Shown piece after piece: positions 40,458-49,007 of a stretch of 64,000 nt of DNA. The notes beneath the pieces were generated by a model. That model did no database searches. It had not been told where the DNA came from and saw nothing but the letters and a program-made list of their open reading frames with translations. How positions within the stretch are numbered: position 1 is the stretch's first letter; each line of letters begins with the position of its first letter. Position numbers and translations under genes: made by a program. The stretch comes from Aquihabitans sp. (GTDB lineage Bacteria > Actinomycetota > Acidimicrobiia > Acidimicrobiales > Iamiaceae): NCBI GenBank assembly GCA_025353965.1, contig JANXNS010000003.1, positions 10,776 to 74,775 of the forward strand, read 5' to 3'.

Positions 40458-40988
40458 TCAAGCTCGCTCGACAGGTTGTGTGGACGGCTTCCTGCGGCGA
40501 GCGCCGATCAAGAGGGAACCGATGGCTACCGCTGCCGGCGCAGACCGGAGGACGACATCGCGCGCGACGATTGTCTCCGACGAGTAGCAGGTCTGGTTCT
40601 CGTCGTAGCTGTCGACGAAGCAGCGGCGGTCCTCGCCAGGGTGACGGGCGCCGAAGCTCACCATGAGGACTGCGAGGAGAAGCCAACCCAGCACGATCCA
40701 GGGAGCTGAACGGTGGCGCTCCTTCGCCAGCACCACGAGGCTCGCAAGTAGAGCGGCGGCGATGCCGACTACCACGATGCCGATGTACAGAGTCGGGCCG
40801 TTGGGAAAGTCGGCGCCGTTGTCGCTGCTGTACTCCACGCCGAACATCCTGGGCTTCGAGCCCCAGGCAATGCTTCGGAGGCCGTAGTAGGCGAGGGCCA
40901 GGGCGTACGGGCTTGCCGTCACCAGGGCGATCGCCGTCGACGTACGAACGTGGCCGCCGCCGGCGTTGTCAATCTGCTGTTCCGCCAT
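40458..40988 (-). CDS. hypothetical membrane protein (cassette-like unit)
   Basis: About 4 TM segments; bounded by sites 40406 and 41023. Confidence 0.65.
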   Translation of the reverse strand: MAEQQIDNAGGGHVRTSTAIALVTASPYALALAYYGLRSIAWGSKPRMFGVEYSSDNGADFPNGPTLYIGIVVVGIAAALLASLVVLAKERHRSAPWIVLGWLLLAVLMVSFGARHPGEDRRCFVDSYDENQTCYSSETIVARDVVLRSAPAAVAIGSLLIGARRRKPSTQPVERA

Positions 40989-41106
40989 CGTCGTACCGTA
41001 GCTGCGCGCCGAAACGCCGCGGGTGCCCCCAAACGCCGGGATGCGGCCACGGCCACCTGGCACTTCGGGGATGGTCCGATCGACATGGAGGTCGTAGCGT
41101 CCGTGG

Positions 41107-41739
41107 ATGGCCGCCTTGGAGCATCCGGGTTCTGCGGTCGGCAGTCAGTCCGACAAGGCTGAGTCCGGCGGTGAGAGAGGACCGGTCACGTTGTCCGACG
41201 GAGCAGTCGTGCTCAGACCCTGGAAGTCCTCCGACGCCGCTTTCATGGTTGAAGCCTCGAGGGAACCGGCAATAGAGCGTTACAACGGCACGGCGCCAGC
41301 CTCGGAGGCTGACGCCGTTGCCGTCATCGAGCGCATCCAGGAGAGCTGGCGTGCCTTCGAGGTCGAGGGTCATCCGACGGGGACCGCCTTCGTGATCGTG
41401 GATGCTGCCCTGGACGAACCTGTCGGAATGTGTGGCGTCGACCACTGGTCGAGCACCGACGTAGCCCAGTTCGGTTACTGGCTGGCGGCCGGTGCAAGAG
41501 GGCGAGGGATTGCGACTCGCGCCGCAACGCTGATGACGGGTTGGTTGTTCGAGCTCGGAGCGGCCCGGGTCTTCCTGACGATTGAGACCGACAACGCACC
41601 ATCGGTTGCGGTCGCCCGTCGGGTCGGGTTCACCTGCGAGGGCACGCTTCGTGCCTTCGGCGTCTGGCAGGGGCAACGTCGAGACGTGGACGTTTTCGCC
41701 GTCCTTCCCGATGAGTGGCCTCTGGGCGGGGACCACTGA
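41107..41739 (+). CDS. GNAT family acetyltransferase (RimJ/RimL-like)
   Basis: VVLRPW, QFGYWL...ARGRGIATRA, NAPSVAVARRVGF..EG; the site at 41740 follows the stop directly. Confidence 0.9.
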   Translation: MAALEHPGSAVGSQSDKAESGGERGPVTLSDGAVVLRPWKSSDAAFMVEASREPAIERYNGTAPASEADAVAVIERIQESWRAFEVEGHPTGTAFVIVDAALDEPVGMCGVDHWSSTDVAQFGYWLAAGARGRGIATRAATLMTGWLFELGAARVFLTIETDNAPSVAVARRVGFTCEGTLRAFGVWQGQRRDVDVFAVLPDEWPLGGDH

Positions 41740-41826
41740 CTGCCCCGCAACGCCGGGTAGAGGCCGCGACCGACGGCACATCGGTGGCACCCTCGGGTGA
41801 CGTCCAGGCCCGCGGCCACCGAGTGC

Positions 41827-42210
41827 ATGATGTGGACAATGCGGATTGCGATTGCGGTTGTGTTGGTACTCGCTGCGGTGGGGTGCGGGAACATCGTCTC
41901 GGACTCCGACGCGTTAGCGGTTCGGTTCAAGAACGACCTGGGCAAGCCCGTGCGGCTTGCACTCTGCAACAGCGACCACAGCGAGAAGTGCGAGAATCCG
42001 GCCTACTCCGACCCGGTCCCTGCTGGCGGGTCGATCGAGGAGAACATCGCTCCGACCGTGCAGACGGAATGGGCTGTGCTGGACGACCGGGATCGTCCCA
42101 TGCGCTGCGTTGTCCTCTACTGGCAACATGATCCGCTCGACGAGCCAGTCATTCGGTTGTCCTCCTCGCCACGATGGGCGAACCCTTGCCCCCGTCGGTC
42201 CAACACGTAA
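41827..42210 (+). CDS. putative lipoprotein (cassette-like unit)
   Basis: Signal peptide with lipobox LAAVG-C; Cys-containing mature domain. Confidence 0.65.
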   Translation: MMWTMRIAIAVVLVLAAVGCGNIVSDSDALAVRFKNDLGKPVRLALCNSDHSEKCENPAYSDPVPAGGSIEENIAPTVQTEWAVLDDRDRPMRCVVLYWQHDPLDEPVIRLSSSPRWANPCPRRSNT

Positions 42211-42332
42211 GTCGAGTCGAGGACCCCGGGTCGCTGGCGGGTGTCCCACAACGCCGGGTCGAGGCGTGCCAGACCGGCACCTTCGGGATACTCATCATCT
42301 TCGCCAGAACTGGCTTTCCTTGGACTTCGTCG

Positions 42333-42875
42333 TCAACCCAGCTTTCGGTCGTAGCGGCGAGCCACCGCGGCGAGTAGGGCCAGAACCACACTCAGGGCCA
42401 CCACCAGGCCCGCAGCTGCGTATGGCCACGAGCGATCGAAGCCGGTCGACGACGACCCAAGGTAGGAGCCGTCGATCGCGGTGGTGCCAGCGCCGGTACC
42501 GCAGTCGCCGTGAAAGTCGTAGGCGATCTGGGAGCTGACCCCATCCCCGCCAGACTGGTTGTTCCACCCCTTCACCCGATAGGACTCCCTCGGCATGAGC
42601 TCGCCGGGCGACCCGTCGTAGCGAACCACAACGGTTCCGCCCGGTTCCGGAATCTGACCCGCCCCGAACGGGTTGTCCTGTCGCACCCTGTCCACGCGAT
42701 AGGTGATACGGGGGCCGTCCATGGAGACGATCGTGCCGTCGAAGCTGAACCTCATCGCCCCCATCGAGCATGCATCCGCTCGCACCGGTTCACCGAGTGC
42801 GCCGAACGTAGCAGCGGCTACAAGCACGACCGCAGCCACCGACCACCGCCCCGCCCGCCAGACATCCCTCGCCAT
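42333..42875 (-). CDS. secreted, C-terminally anchored protein (cassette-like unit)
   Basis: Signal peptide, ADACSM, C-terminal TM segment followed by RRYDRK. Confidence 0.62.
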   Translation of the reverse strand: MARDVWRAGRWSVAAVVLVAAATFGALGEPVRADACSMGAMRFSFDGTIVSMDGPRITYRVDRVRQDNPFGAGQIPEPGGTVVVRYDGSPGELMPRESYRVKGWNNQSGGDGVSSQIAYDFHGDCGTGAGTTAIDGSYLGSSSTGFDRSWPYAAAGLVVALSVVLALLAAVARRYDRKLG

Positions 42876-42985
42876 CGCGGCATTCTGCCACAAAGTGCCC
42901 GGACGCGCACCCGGCTCCGCGACCCCATTGAGGTGCCCCACAACGCCGGTTCCCGGCGAGGGTTGTGCTCACTTGGCAGCCGAGG

Positions 42986-43624
42986 TCACCTGCCATGGCG
43001 GTCCGGCGTGTCGTTGAGCCAGAGGTCCGCATCCGGTCGGCGTCTGCGCTTCCACCACATCGCCGCCCGGAACCGTCGCGGGATCCTGCGCGGTTCTTCG
43101 ATCCTGAGCTGGCCGATGACGTTGCCGTCGACATCGAGGACCTCCGTGCTGCGTGCGGATGCGCGGTCAACCGTCACGACCCAGCCATGCGCGGGAACGT
43201 CTCGCGTCCGACCGTCCCTCCGCATCCGGGTTGCCTCCGAGACCAGGAGCCAGAGCCCGACGCAGTCTCCGGTGCGGACGTCGCCCTGCGTCGCGCCCTC
43301 CGAACACCCGTTGTGTCCCGACGTTGATCGAGGCGGAAGCACTGGCTCGCTGAAGTCCGATGAAGGACCGATCTGATCCCACACCCACGCCCCCTCTTCG
43401 CGACGGAAGCGGTGCGCTTCGATTACGAGCCCTGTGCGCTTGCCTCGACGTGCCACGGCCACGGCGGCGAGGTCCCCTCGAACATCGAGGCCCAGGAGGC
43501 GCCACCGTTGCCGACGGCTCATCTCCTTGGGGGAGCCGAGTCCATCGGCGTCGAGTGCCGCGGCCGCGCCCGCCACAATTTCCGCCCGTTGGGCGAGGAC
43601 TCGTTCCAGGTCTGCGCGTCGCAC
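42986..43624 (-). CDS. hypothetical protein (cassette-like unit)
   Basis: ORF between sites 42933 and 43682; GTG start inferred. Confidence 0.45.
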   Translation of the reverse strand: MRRADLERVLAQRAEIVAGAAAALDADGLGSPKEMSRRQRWRLLGLDVRGDLAAVAVARRGKRTGLVIEAHRFRREEGAWVWDQIGPSSDFSEPVLPPRSTSGHNGCSEGATQGDVRTGDCVGLWLLVSEATRMRRDGRTRDVPAHGWVVTVDRASARSTEVLDVDGNVIGQLRIEEPRRIPRRFRAAMWWKRRRRPDADLWLNDTPDRHGR

Positions 43625-43696
43625 AGCGCCAACGATTGCACCTGCGCCATCAAGAGACGGCGCGAGTTCACACAGCAGCGAGTGCCCCACAACGCC

Positions 43697-44227
43697 TAAT
43701 ACATGGGTGATCCATCGGGTCTCTCGGTGTAGCTCGCTGGTGGCGGGGAGCATGCGGGGATGAGCGACTTCCCATGTCTGGTCCGATCCTCGGGCGCTGG
43801 CGGGGAGGTGCGGTTCGCGCTGGGTGATCCGCTGGTCGACTCGTATCTGGCGTTCGTGGCTGGGAGGGCTCGGCCGAACACGCTGCATGCGGTCGCACGC
43901 GATCTGAAGACCTTCTTCACTGTCGTGGCCGAGGGGCCGGCCGAGGTGAGGTCTGCGGACGTGTTCGAGTTCCTGGCGCATCAGCGCGGCGACCGGACGG
44001 TGGTGCGCATCTCCGATCGCGAGTCGGGGTTGTCGGCGCGGACGATCGCCCGGCGGCTCTCGACGGTGTCGGGGTTCTACGCGTACCTGGTCGCGCGCGG
44101 CGACGCCGGCGTAGACGCGAACCCGGTTCCTCGGGGTCTGGCCACACGTCGACGTGGCGGACGCACCCAGACGGTCCCGTTGGTCCGGGCTTGGTGGCTG
44201 GCAGCCGCCTTCTCTTGGGCCATGTAA
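43697..44227 (+). mobile_element. internally deleted tyrosine-recombinase element inserted in a 17-bp site
   Basis: Terminal inverted repeats TACATGG (43700-43706) and CCATGTA (44220-44226) around a truncated integrase. Confidence 0.6.
43760..44227 (+). pseudogene. N-terminal (SAM-like) fragment of a XerD-like tyrosine recombinase
   Basis: LVDSYLAFV..RARPNTL, LSARTIARRLSTVSGFY.YL, NPVP; catalytic domain absent. Confidence 0.82.
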
Positions 44228-44258
44228 ACCATGGGGCGTCCGCAGGCGTATCTGAGGT

Positions 44259-44762
44259 GTGGAAGTGATCGGCGAGCGCGCTTTTGACGGAGAGTTCCCC
44301 GACCTGCTCCGTGTTGCGTACCGAGCAGCCTTCCGGATCACCGGAGACGCGGCCGCTGCAGAGGACGCCGCTGCGGAGGCACTGGCGAGGGCGTCGCTGC
44401 GTTGGGAACGCATCTCCGAACGGGCCACGCCCTGGGTCGTCCGGGTCGCGTCGAACCTTGCCGTCGACCACCTCCGCCGGGCTGCTCGCCGGAACCGGTT
44501 CGCACGGGACCGCTCCGATGCCAGCCCGGGCGAACACCGCTGCACCATCGACCTCCACCGGGCTCTCCAGACCCTGCCCAGACGACAACGTGAGGTCGTC
44601 GTCCTCCGGTATTTCGGTGACCTGAGCGAAGCCGAGATCGCAGCCGAGCTCGGCGTCGCCGCCGGAACCGTGAAGAGCCACGCCAGCCGCGGCCTCGCCG
44701 CCCTCCGCCTGCTCCTCGAAGACCGTCCTGTTCCTGCCGCCCTGCAACGAGAGGCAAGCTAA
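44259..44762 (+). CDS. ECF RNA polymerase sigma factor (SigE-like)
   Basis: AEDAAAEALARA, PWVVRVASN, LPRRQREVVVLRY, GVAAGTVKSHASRG. Confidence 0.92.
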   Translation: MEVIGERAFDGEFPDLLRVAYRAAFRITGDAAAAEDAAAEALARASLRWERISERATPWVVRVASNLAVDHLRRAARRNRFARDRSDASPGEHRCTIDLHRALQTLPRRQREVVVLRYFGDLSEAEIAAELGVAAGTVKSHASRGLAALRLLLEDRPVPAALQREAS

Positions 44763-46207
44763 TGACCGAGAACCAGTCCCTCGGGCACCCTGCACAAGAG
44801 CCCGACACCGCCACCGAAGCCCGAGTCCGGGCGCGAGTCACTGCGACCGTCCGCCTACGACGGGCCCGCCGGCGTGCCATGACCGCCCTTCCCGTCATCG
44901 CCGTGATCGCTCTCGTAGCCGTAGCCGTCGCCAACACGCGGGACAACAGCACGGGCCAGGACCGCCAAGTCGTCACCGCCGGGCACGGCGACGTCGAGCT
45001 GGCGTTCGAACCGGACGTCGAATGGGACGACGCCGTCTTGTCCGCCGACGGCAAGACCCTGACGGTGACCGCCAGCCGCGTCCTGCACAACTCGAGGAGC
45101 TGCCAGCTCGACGTCCTCCACGACGTCGTCGAAACCGATGATGCGGTGACCATCGGCCTCAAGGACGCCACCGCACCCGAGGACACAACTCCGATGGCAT
45201 GCAAGGCGGTGCTCGTACCCGCCGTCGTCAAGATTCCACTCAATGAACCTCTGGGGGACCGGGCCGTCTTTGACGGTGTGCGACCCAAGGCGCGCACTGT
45301 CCTCCGGCTCGCCGAGCTCGTCCAGGTCACCTACGTCCCCGCCGGGTTCACGACCAACCCCGACGACATCCCGTCCAAAGACACGAACGTGCAGCAGACC
45401 TACAATGCCGACGGGGCCGACTGGTACTTCGCTGTCAACGAAACCAAGGCTGCGACGCCGACCGACCTCCCGGGCGCCACGTCGACACCGATCTTGGTCA
45501 ACGACATCGAAGGTGTGCGGATCACCGGTCAGATGAACAACACCATGGAGTCCATCCGCTTCCCCCTTGGCGGCCGGACGGTCACCGTGTGGGGCGAGAT
45601 GCAAGGACCGCCGACGTTCACCCACGCCGACGAGCTCCAAAAGATCGCCGAGGGCATCCGACTCCTCGAAGCGGGAGCCAAGGATCTTCCGGCGGTCACA
45701 ACTTCAGCCCCAACGGATTCCGGCCACAGCACCGGAGCCCCCAAAGGGACACCCCAGCAGCCCACCCCTCAGACCGATAGCTTCGAAATCGAAGTGTCCC
45801 CCGAGTCCCCATACGCAATCGGGATTCGAAAGGCTCTCGACTTAGGCCCAACTCCCGTCACACGGGTCACACGGGTCAACGTTGACAACAAATCGTTCGT
45901 GCACGACAGCGTCAACACGCAAGCCGATCAAGGTCTCAGCGCAACGATCTACCACGATTGCGCCCTCTTCCTGACAGAGAGGGGCGAACCCGACGCCGCC
46001 TCCTCAGGTGCCAATGTCTGGATCGGCGTCGTGAACGACGAGCTCGTGACGCTCGGCTTCTACAACCCCGAAACGGGAGTGGCACTCTCGGTGAGCTACA
46101 CAAGCGCTGACCACCGGCCCGTCACCACCGCCAGCCTGACTGCAACCGCAGCACGCTTGTCCGCCGTGCCGGCCGTGGTGGAAGAAGTCGGAGGTGGCTG
46201 TGAGTAG
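44762..46207 (+). CDS. membrane-anchored extracytoplasmic protein (putative ECF partner)
   Basis: TAATG coupling to the sigma gene, basic patch plus one TM segment, large ectodomain. Confidence 0.62.
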   Translation: MTENQSLGHPAQEPDTATEARVRARVTATVRLRRARRRAMTALPVIAVIALVAVAVANTRDNSTGQDRQVVTAGHGDVELAFEPDVEWDDAVLSADGKTLTVTASRVLHNSRSCQLDVLHDVVETDDAVTIGLKDATAPEDTTPMACKAVLVPAVVKIPLNEPLGDRAVFDGVRPKARTVLRLAELVQVTYVPAGFTTNPDDIPSKDTNVQQTYNADGADWYFAVNETKAATPTDLPGATSTPILVNDIEGVRITGQMNNTMESIRFPLGGRTVTVWGEMQGPPTFTHADELQKIAEGIRLLEAGAKDLPAVTTSAPTDSGHSTGAPKGTPQQPTPQTDSFEIEVSPESPYAIGIRKALDLGPTPVTRVTRVNVDNKSFVHDSVNTQADQGLSATIYHDCALFLTERGEPDAASSGANVWIGVVNDELVTLGFYNPETGVALSVSYTSADHRPVTTASLTATAARLSAVPAVVEEVGGGCE

Positions 46208-46701
46208 GTGTGACCGGGCCCTGCCCCCTGCCGCCGGGGCTGGACCAGCCCGGACCGCCATCTTGTTCGTGGCCAGCGCCTATTGCCATCCGGCCCAGTA
46301 CCCCGGCCAGGCCCGGCGCGTCTACTGCGTTGCGGCTGTCGTCCCGCTGGCGGGCTGAGCAGGCTCGACCGCTTCAGTCAGCGGTGATCGAGACCTCCAC
46401 CGTGTGAAGCCCCTGGGCCGATTCTGTGACCTGGGGATTACGCGAAGTCCCTGCTCAGAGGGTCCGCTTGGGCACCCCGAATTCACTCCCGTACCCCTCA
46501 GTCCATCCCGTCCGCGGGTTTCCGCGGGTTTTCTGGCCGCCGGTCAGGCTGGCCCCGGCGCTCCAAGCGGAAGCGAGAAGCCAGGGCTGAACGCTCTCGG
46601 GTATGACGCTGGGAGCGACCTTCGCCCGTCGCTAGCAGACCCGGAAAGTGTGATCGGTGTCGGCGGGGGCGTCCCTCGGTCGTTGATGTAAGTTTTGATC
46701 G

Positions 46702-47148
46702 ATGGCTGGCCTTCGGTTCGATCAGGTGAACATCGTGGTGCCTGACGTTCTCGGTGCAGCTCACTTTCTGCGTGCACTCGGAGCGGAGGTTGACGCGGTT
46801 GCGGATGAGTGGACCGAGTGGGCACCTCACCATATTGGGCTTCATGCCGTCGCCGAGGGGTTCCACGCCGACGTTGACAGTCCCGCCTTTGCGTCCCATT
46901 GGGGCGGGTTGCCCGAGGACTTTGCAGGCGTCGTCGTCAACCTTCGAGCGGACGACCGCGGCGCGGTCGATGCCGCATTCGAACGCGCGCTGGCGTTCGG
47001 AGCAGAGGTCTTGCAAGCCCCGTACGACGCCTTCTGGGGAGCCCGGTATGCCGTCGTGCGAGGCCCCGGTCCAATCGTCGTCGGGATCATGAGTCTGGCG
47101 GATCCGACGGCCCGGACAGCGGGACCGAAGCTGTCCGACTTCACCTGA
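46702..47148 (+). CDS. VOC/glyoxalase family protein
   Basis: FDQVNIVVPDV, PYDAFWGARYAVVRGPG. Confidence 0.88.
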   Translation: MAGLRFDQVNIVVPDVLGAAHFLRALGAEVDAVADEWTEWAPHHIGLHAVAEGFHADVDSPAFASHWGGLPEDFAGVVVNLRADDRGAVDAAFERALAFGAEVLQAPYDAFWGARYAVVRGPGPIVVGIMSLADPTARTAGPKLSDFT

Positions 47149-47659
47149 ACGTTCCCACCGAGTGGCTGAGGAGTCCCTCGCTTGCCTCCAACGCCCCTTG
47201 GTCGATCCCAGGCTTCGTTTCGTCTGGTTCGAGATGTTGGCGAAGGGAGGCTTCAAGAGTGTGGAAGCTGGCCCCAAGGTTCGCGAGAGAAGCTCGGCGA
47301 GGGCGAGGTTGGGGTGAAGTGAACGCAATCGCGTAGCAACCGTGTCTGCGAGGAAGCGGCAACGTTCGAGTTCAGCATTGCCAGGGTTGCGATTCGGACA
47401 GTTCCGTCACGGCCGCCTGCAGAGCTTCCACTCCGACCAATTCCTGAATGGGTTTGACTCGTTCACCCCATGTCGCCATCGCCGCCCCGTGTTGTTGACC
47501 TTGAGATCATTCCTTCTACTGCTGCCTGCTTAGCAGGGGATCACCGCGGATCGGGGAAGGTGTCCCACGCTCGCTGCCTGAGAGAGCCTGTCCTTCCGAG
47601 GTTGCGGGAGCAGGGGTTCCCCACAACACCCATCCCTTTGTACGACACCTACAGAGCCT

Positions 47660-47820
47660 CTATCTGCTGTCCGCAACCTGTTCCTGGAAGGTGATGGCTT
47701 CGGTGCTGCGCCCCGCTGAGTGGTAGCTCGCTGCCAGGTTGCCGCGGGCGTTGAGCGTGTCGGGGTGTTCGGGTCCGGAGAGGCGGTCGGTCCGTTCGAG
47801 GGTGCGGGTGGTCACGTCCA
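47660..47820 (-). pseudogene. tetratricopeptide repeat fragment
   Basis: R.SGPEHPDTLNARGNLAASYHSAGR..EAI is a TPR_10/12-type unit; isolated fragment. Confidence 0.65.
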
Positions 47821-48015
47821 CGCCGCCGGTTGCCGGCCGGTCCTCGCTGGCTAAAACGACGCCCACTTCGAACGGGCCACGAAACCAGACACTACGGCCC
47901 CGCAACGCCACAACCGCCGCCAACAAGGCCCACCACCACAACAACCACCCAAGCGTCCCCCGTGGTTCACCCTCTCGGGTCCCTGGCCTCGGAGTCGGGA
48001 CTCTACCGGTCGACG

Positions 48016-48213
48016 TCAGAACAGCCCGTGCAGCACTGTGATCGCCCCGATGAGGATGGCGAAGGGCCCCGCCAGGGACACGACGAGCGCGTCCCGTTCC
48101 TCGCCGGTAGGGAACGGTCGACGAGAGTGCCGAAGGCGATTGAGGAAGGCGATTGAGGAAGGCTTCGCCATATCGCACAAGTGCGACTCCGCCGGCGATT
48201 TCCATAAGCCCAA
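48016..48213 (-). CDS. small hypothetical membrane protein
   Basis: C-terminal hydrophobic segment; lies between degenerate sites 47895 and 48243. Confidence 0.3.
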   Translation of the reverse strand: MGLWKSPAESHLCDMAKPSSIAFLNRLRHSRRPFPTGEERDALVVSLAGPFAILIGAITVLHGLF

Positions 48214-48374
48214 GGACGACCTACGAAGGTCTCACCCTCCGAGTATCCCCTATCACCGGCAATACGGGTCCGTGGGTCACCCGTAGAACAGCGACTCTAG
48301 GAGCCCCCAGCAGCGCTCTGGTGTCGGAGCGATCACGGTGCCATCCAGGGGCGTTACGGGATAGAACTGACGGC

Positions 48375-48629
48375 ATGGGCAACCAAGTGCGGGCGGACGT
48401 GACGGAACCGACCGAGAAGGAGCAAACGGTCGGATTCATAGCCGGCTCCCTCTGGGCGGTGACTACTCTTGCTGGCGGCGCATCGCTCGCCTGGCTAAAT
48501 GACCCGGGCCGGACCATCGCAGGCGTAGTGATCGGTGTGCCCTGGCTCCTTTTCGGCGTTTGGTGGCTGATGCTGTTTCTGCGTCGCACCGGCCGGTCCT
48601 ACCGGGCCGGTTCCTCCGGGTCCGAATAG
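48375..48629 (+). CDS. small two-TM hypothetical protein
   Basis: Two hydrophobic segments, basic C-terminus. Confidence 0.5.
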   Translation: MGNQVRADVTEPTEKEQTVGFIAGSLWAVTTLAGGASLAWLNDPGRTIAGVVIGVPWLLFGVWWLMLFLRRTGRSYRAGSSGSE

Positions 48630-49007
48630 ACGCCGGAGTCGCAACTCTCTGGCCGCCACCTAACCCCGATTATGTGTGGGCCTGGTGCCGAGGACCTCGG
48701 CGGTCCGTCGAAGTCAGCGCTGGGGCGGGCTGCGGTGGCCGAAGGCCGGCTCGGGCGGGCGGTTCCGCCAGGACCGGGCGAATTGCGCCGCTAATCCCGA
48801 AGTCCGGCTTTGAGCCGAACGCCGCCCCGTCGGCGGGTGATCCGCCCTCGGTCGATACAGGTTGTCGGGCGTGCGGATGCCGTCGGCGGGGGCTGGCGCC
48901 GCAGGTCGCTGGCAGGCCGGATCTGACAGCGACCGCTCGGATCTCGCCACGGCACCACCGCCTCGGGCGGCGAGCGAAGCCTGAATCGAACTTTCCTGCG
49001 GATCTTC

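Larger units (their letters stand above)
39223..48259 (+). repeat. dispersed array of same-orientation 17-bp intergenic sites (NTGCCCC-NNNNC-GCCGG)
   Basis: Clear copies start at 39223, 39543, 39904, 40406, 41023, 41740, 42241, 42933, 43682 and 46221; degenerate copies at 47616, 47895 and 48243; related copies outside the element at 30463 and 37376. Confidence 0.9.

Noticed and set aside
37376-43698. Classical integron with attC sites
   Set aside because: No complete R''-L''-L'-R' hairpins could be built, AAC is not conserved in all copies, ORFs face both ways, and the 52528 integrase looks like a tRNA-targeting Int rather than IntI.
42986-44548. 520-aa ORF as one gene
   Set aside because: Its 5' part is antisense to the sigma and integrase-fragment sequences and crosses an element boundary and a repeat site.
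39223-46237. CRISPR array (GTGCCCC/GTTCCCC starts recall type I-E repeats)
   Set aside because: Intervals are 320-2500 bp and contain ORFs, the repeats are degenerate 17-mers, and there are no cas genes in the window.
39223-46237. pdif/XerCD modules or shufflon sfx sites
   Set aside because: No resemblance to AT-rich dif half-sites; all copies are direct rather than alternating or inverted; only a GTGCC word is shared with sfx.
46385-46410. Second tRNA gene (Val)
   Set aside because: Only an anticodon-arm-like fragment is present; there is no D arm, intact T arm or acceptor stem.
47660-48205. 181-aa TPR membrane protein
   Set aside because: A chimeric reading frame across degenerate sites; only the last ~50 aa are TPR-like.
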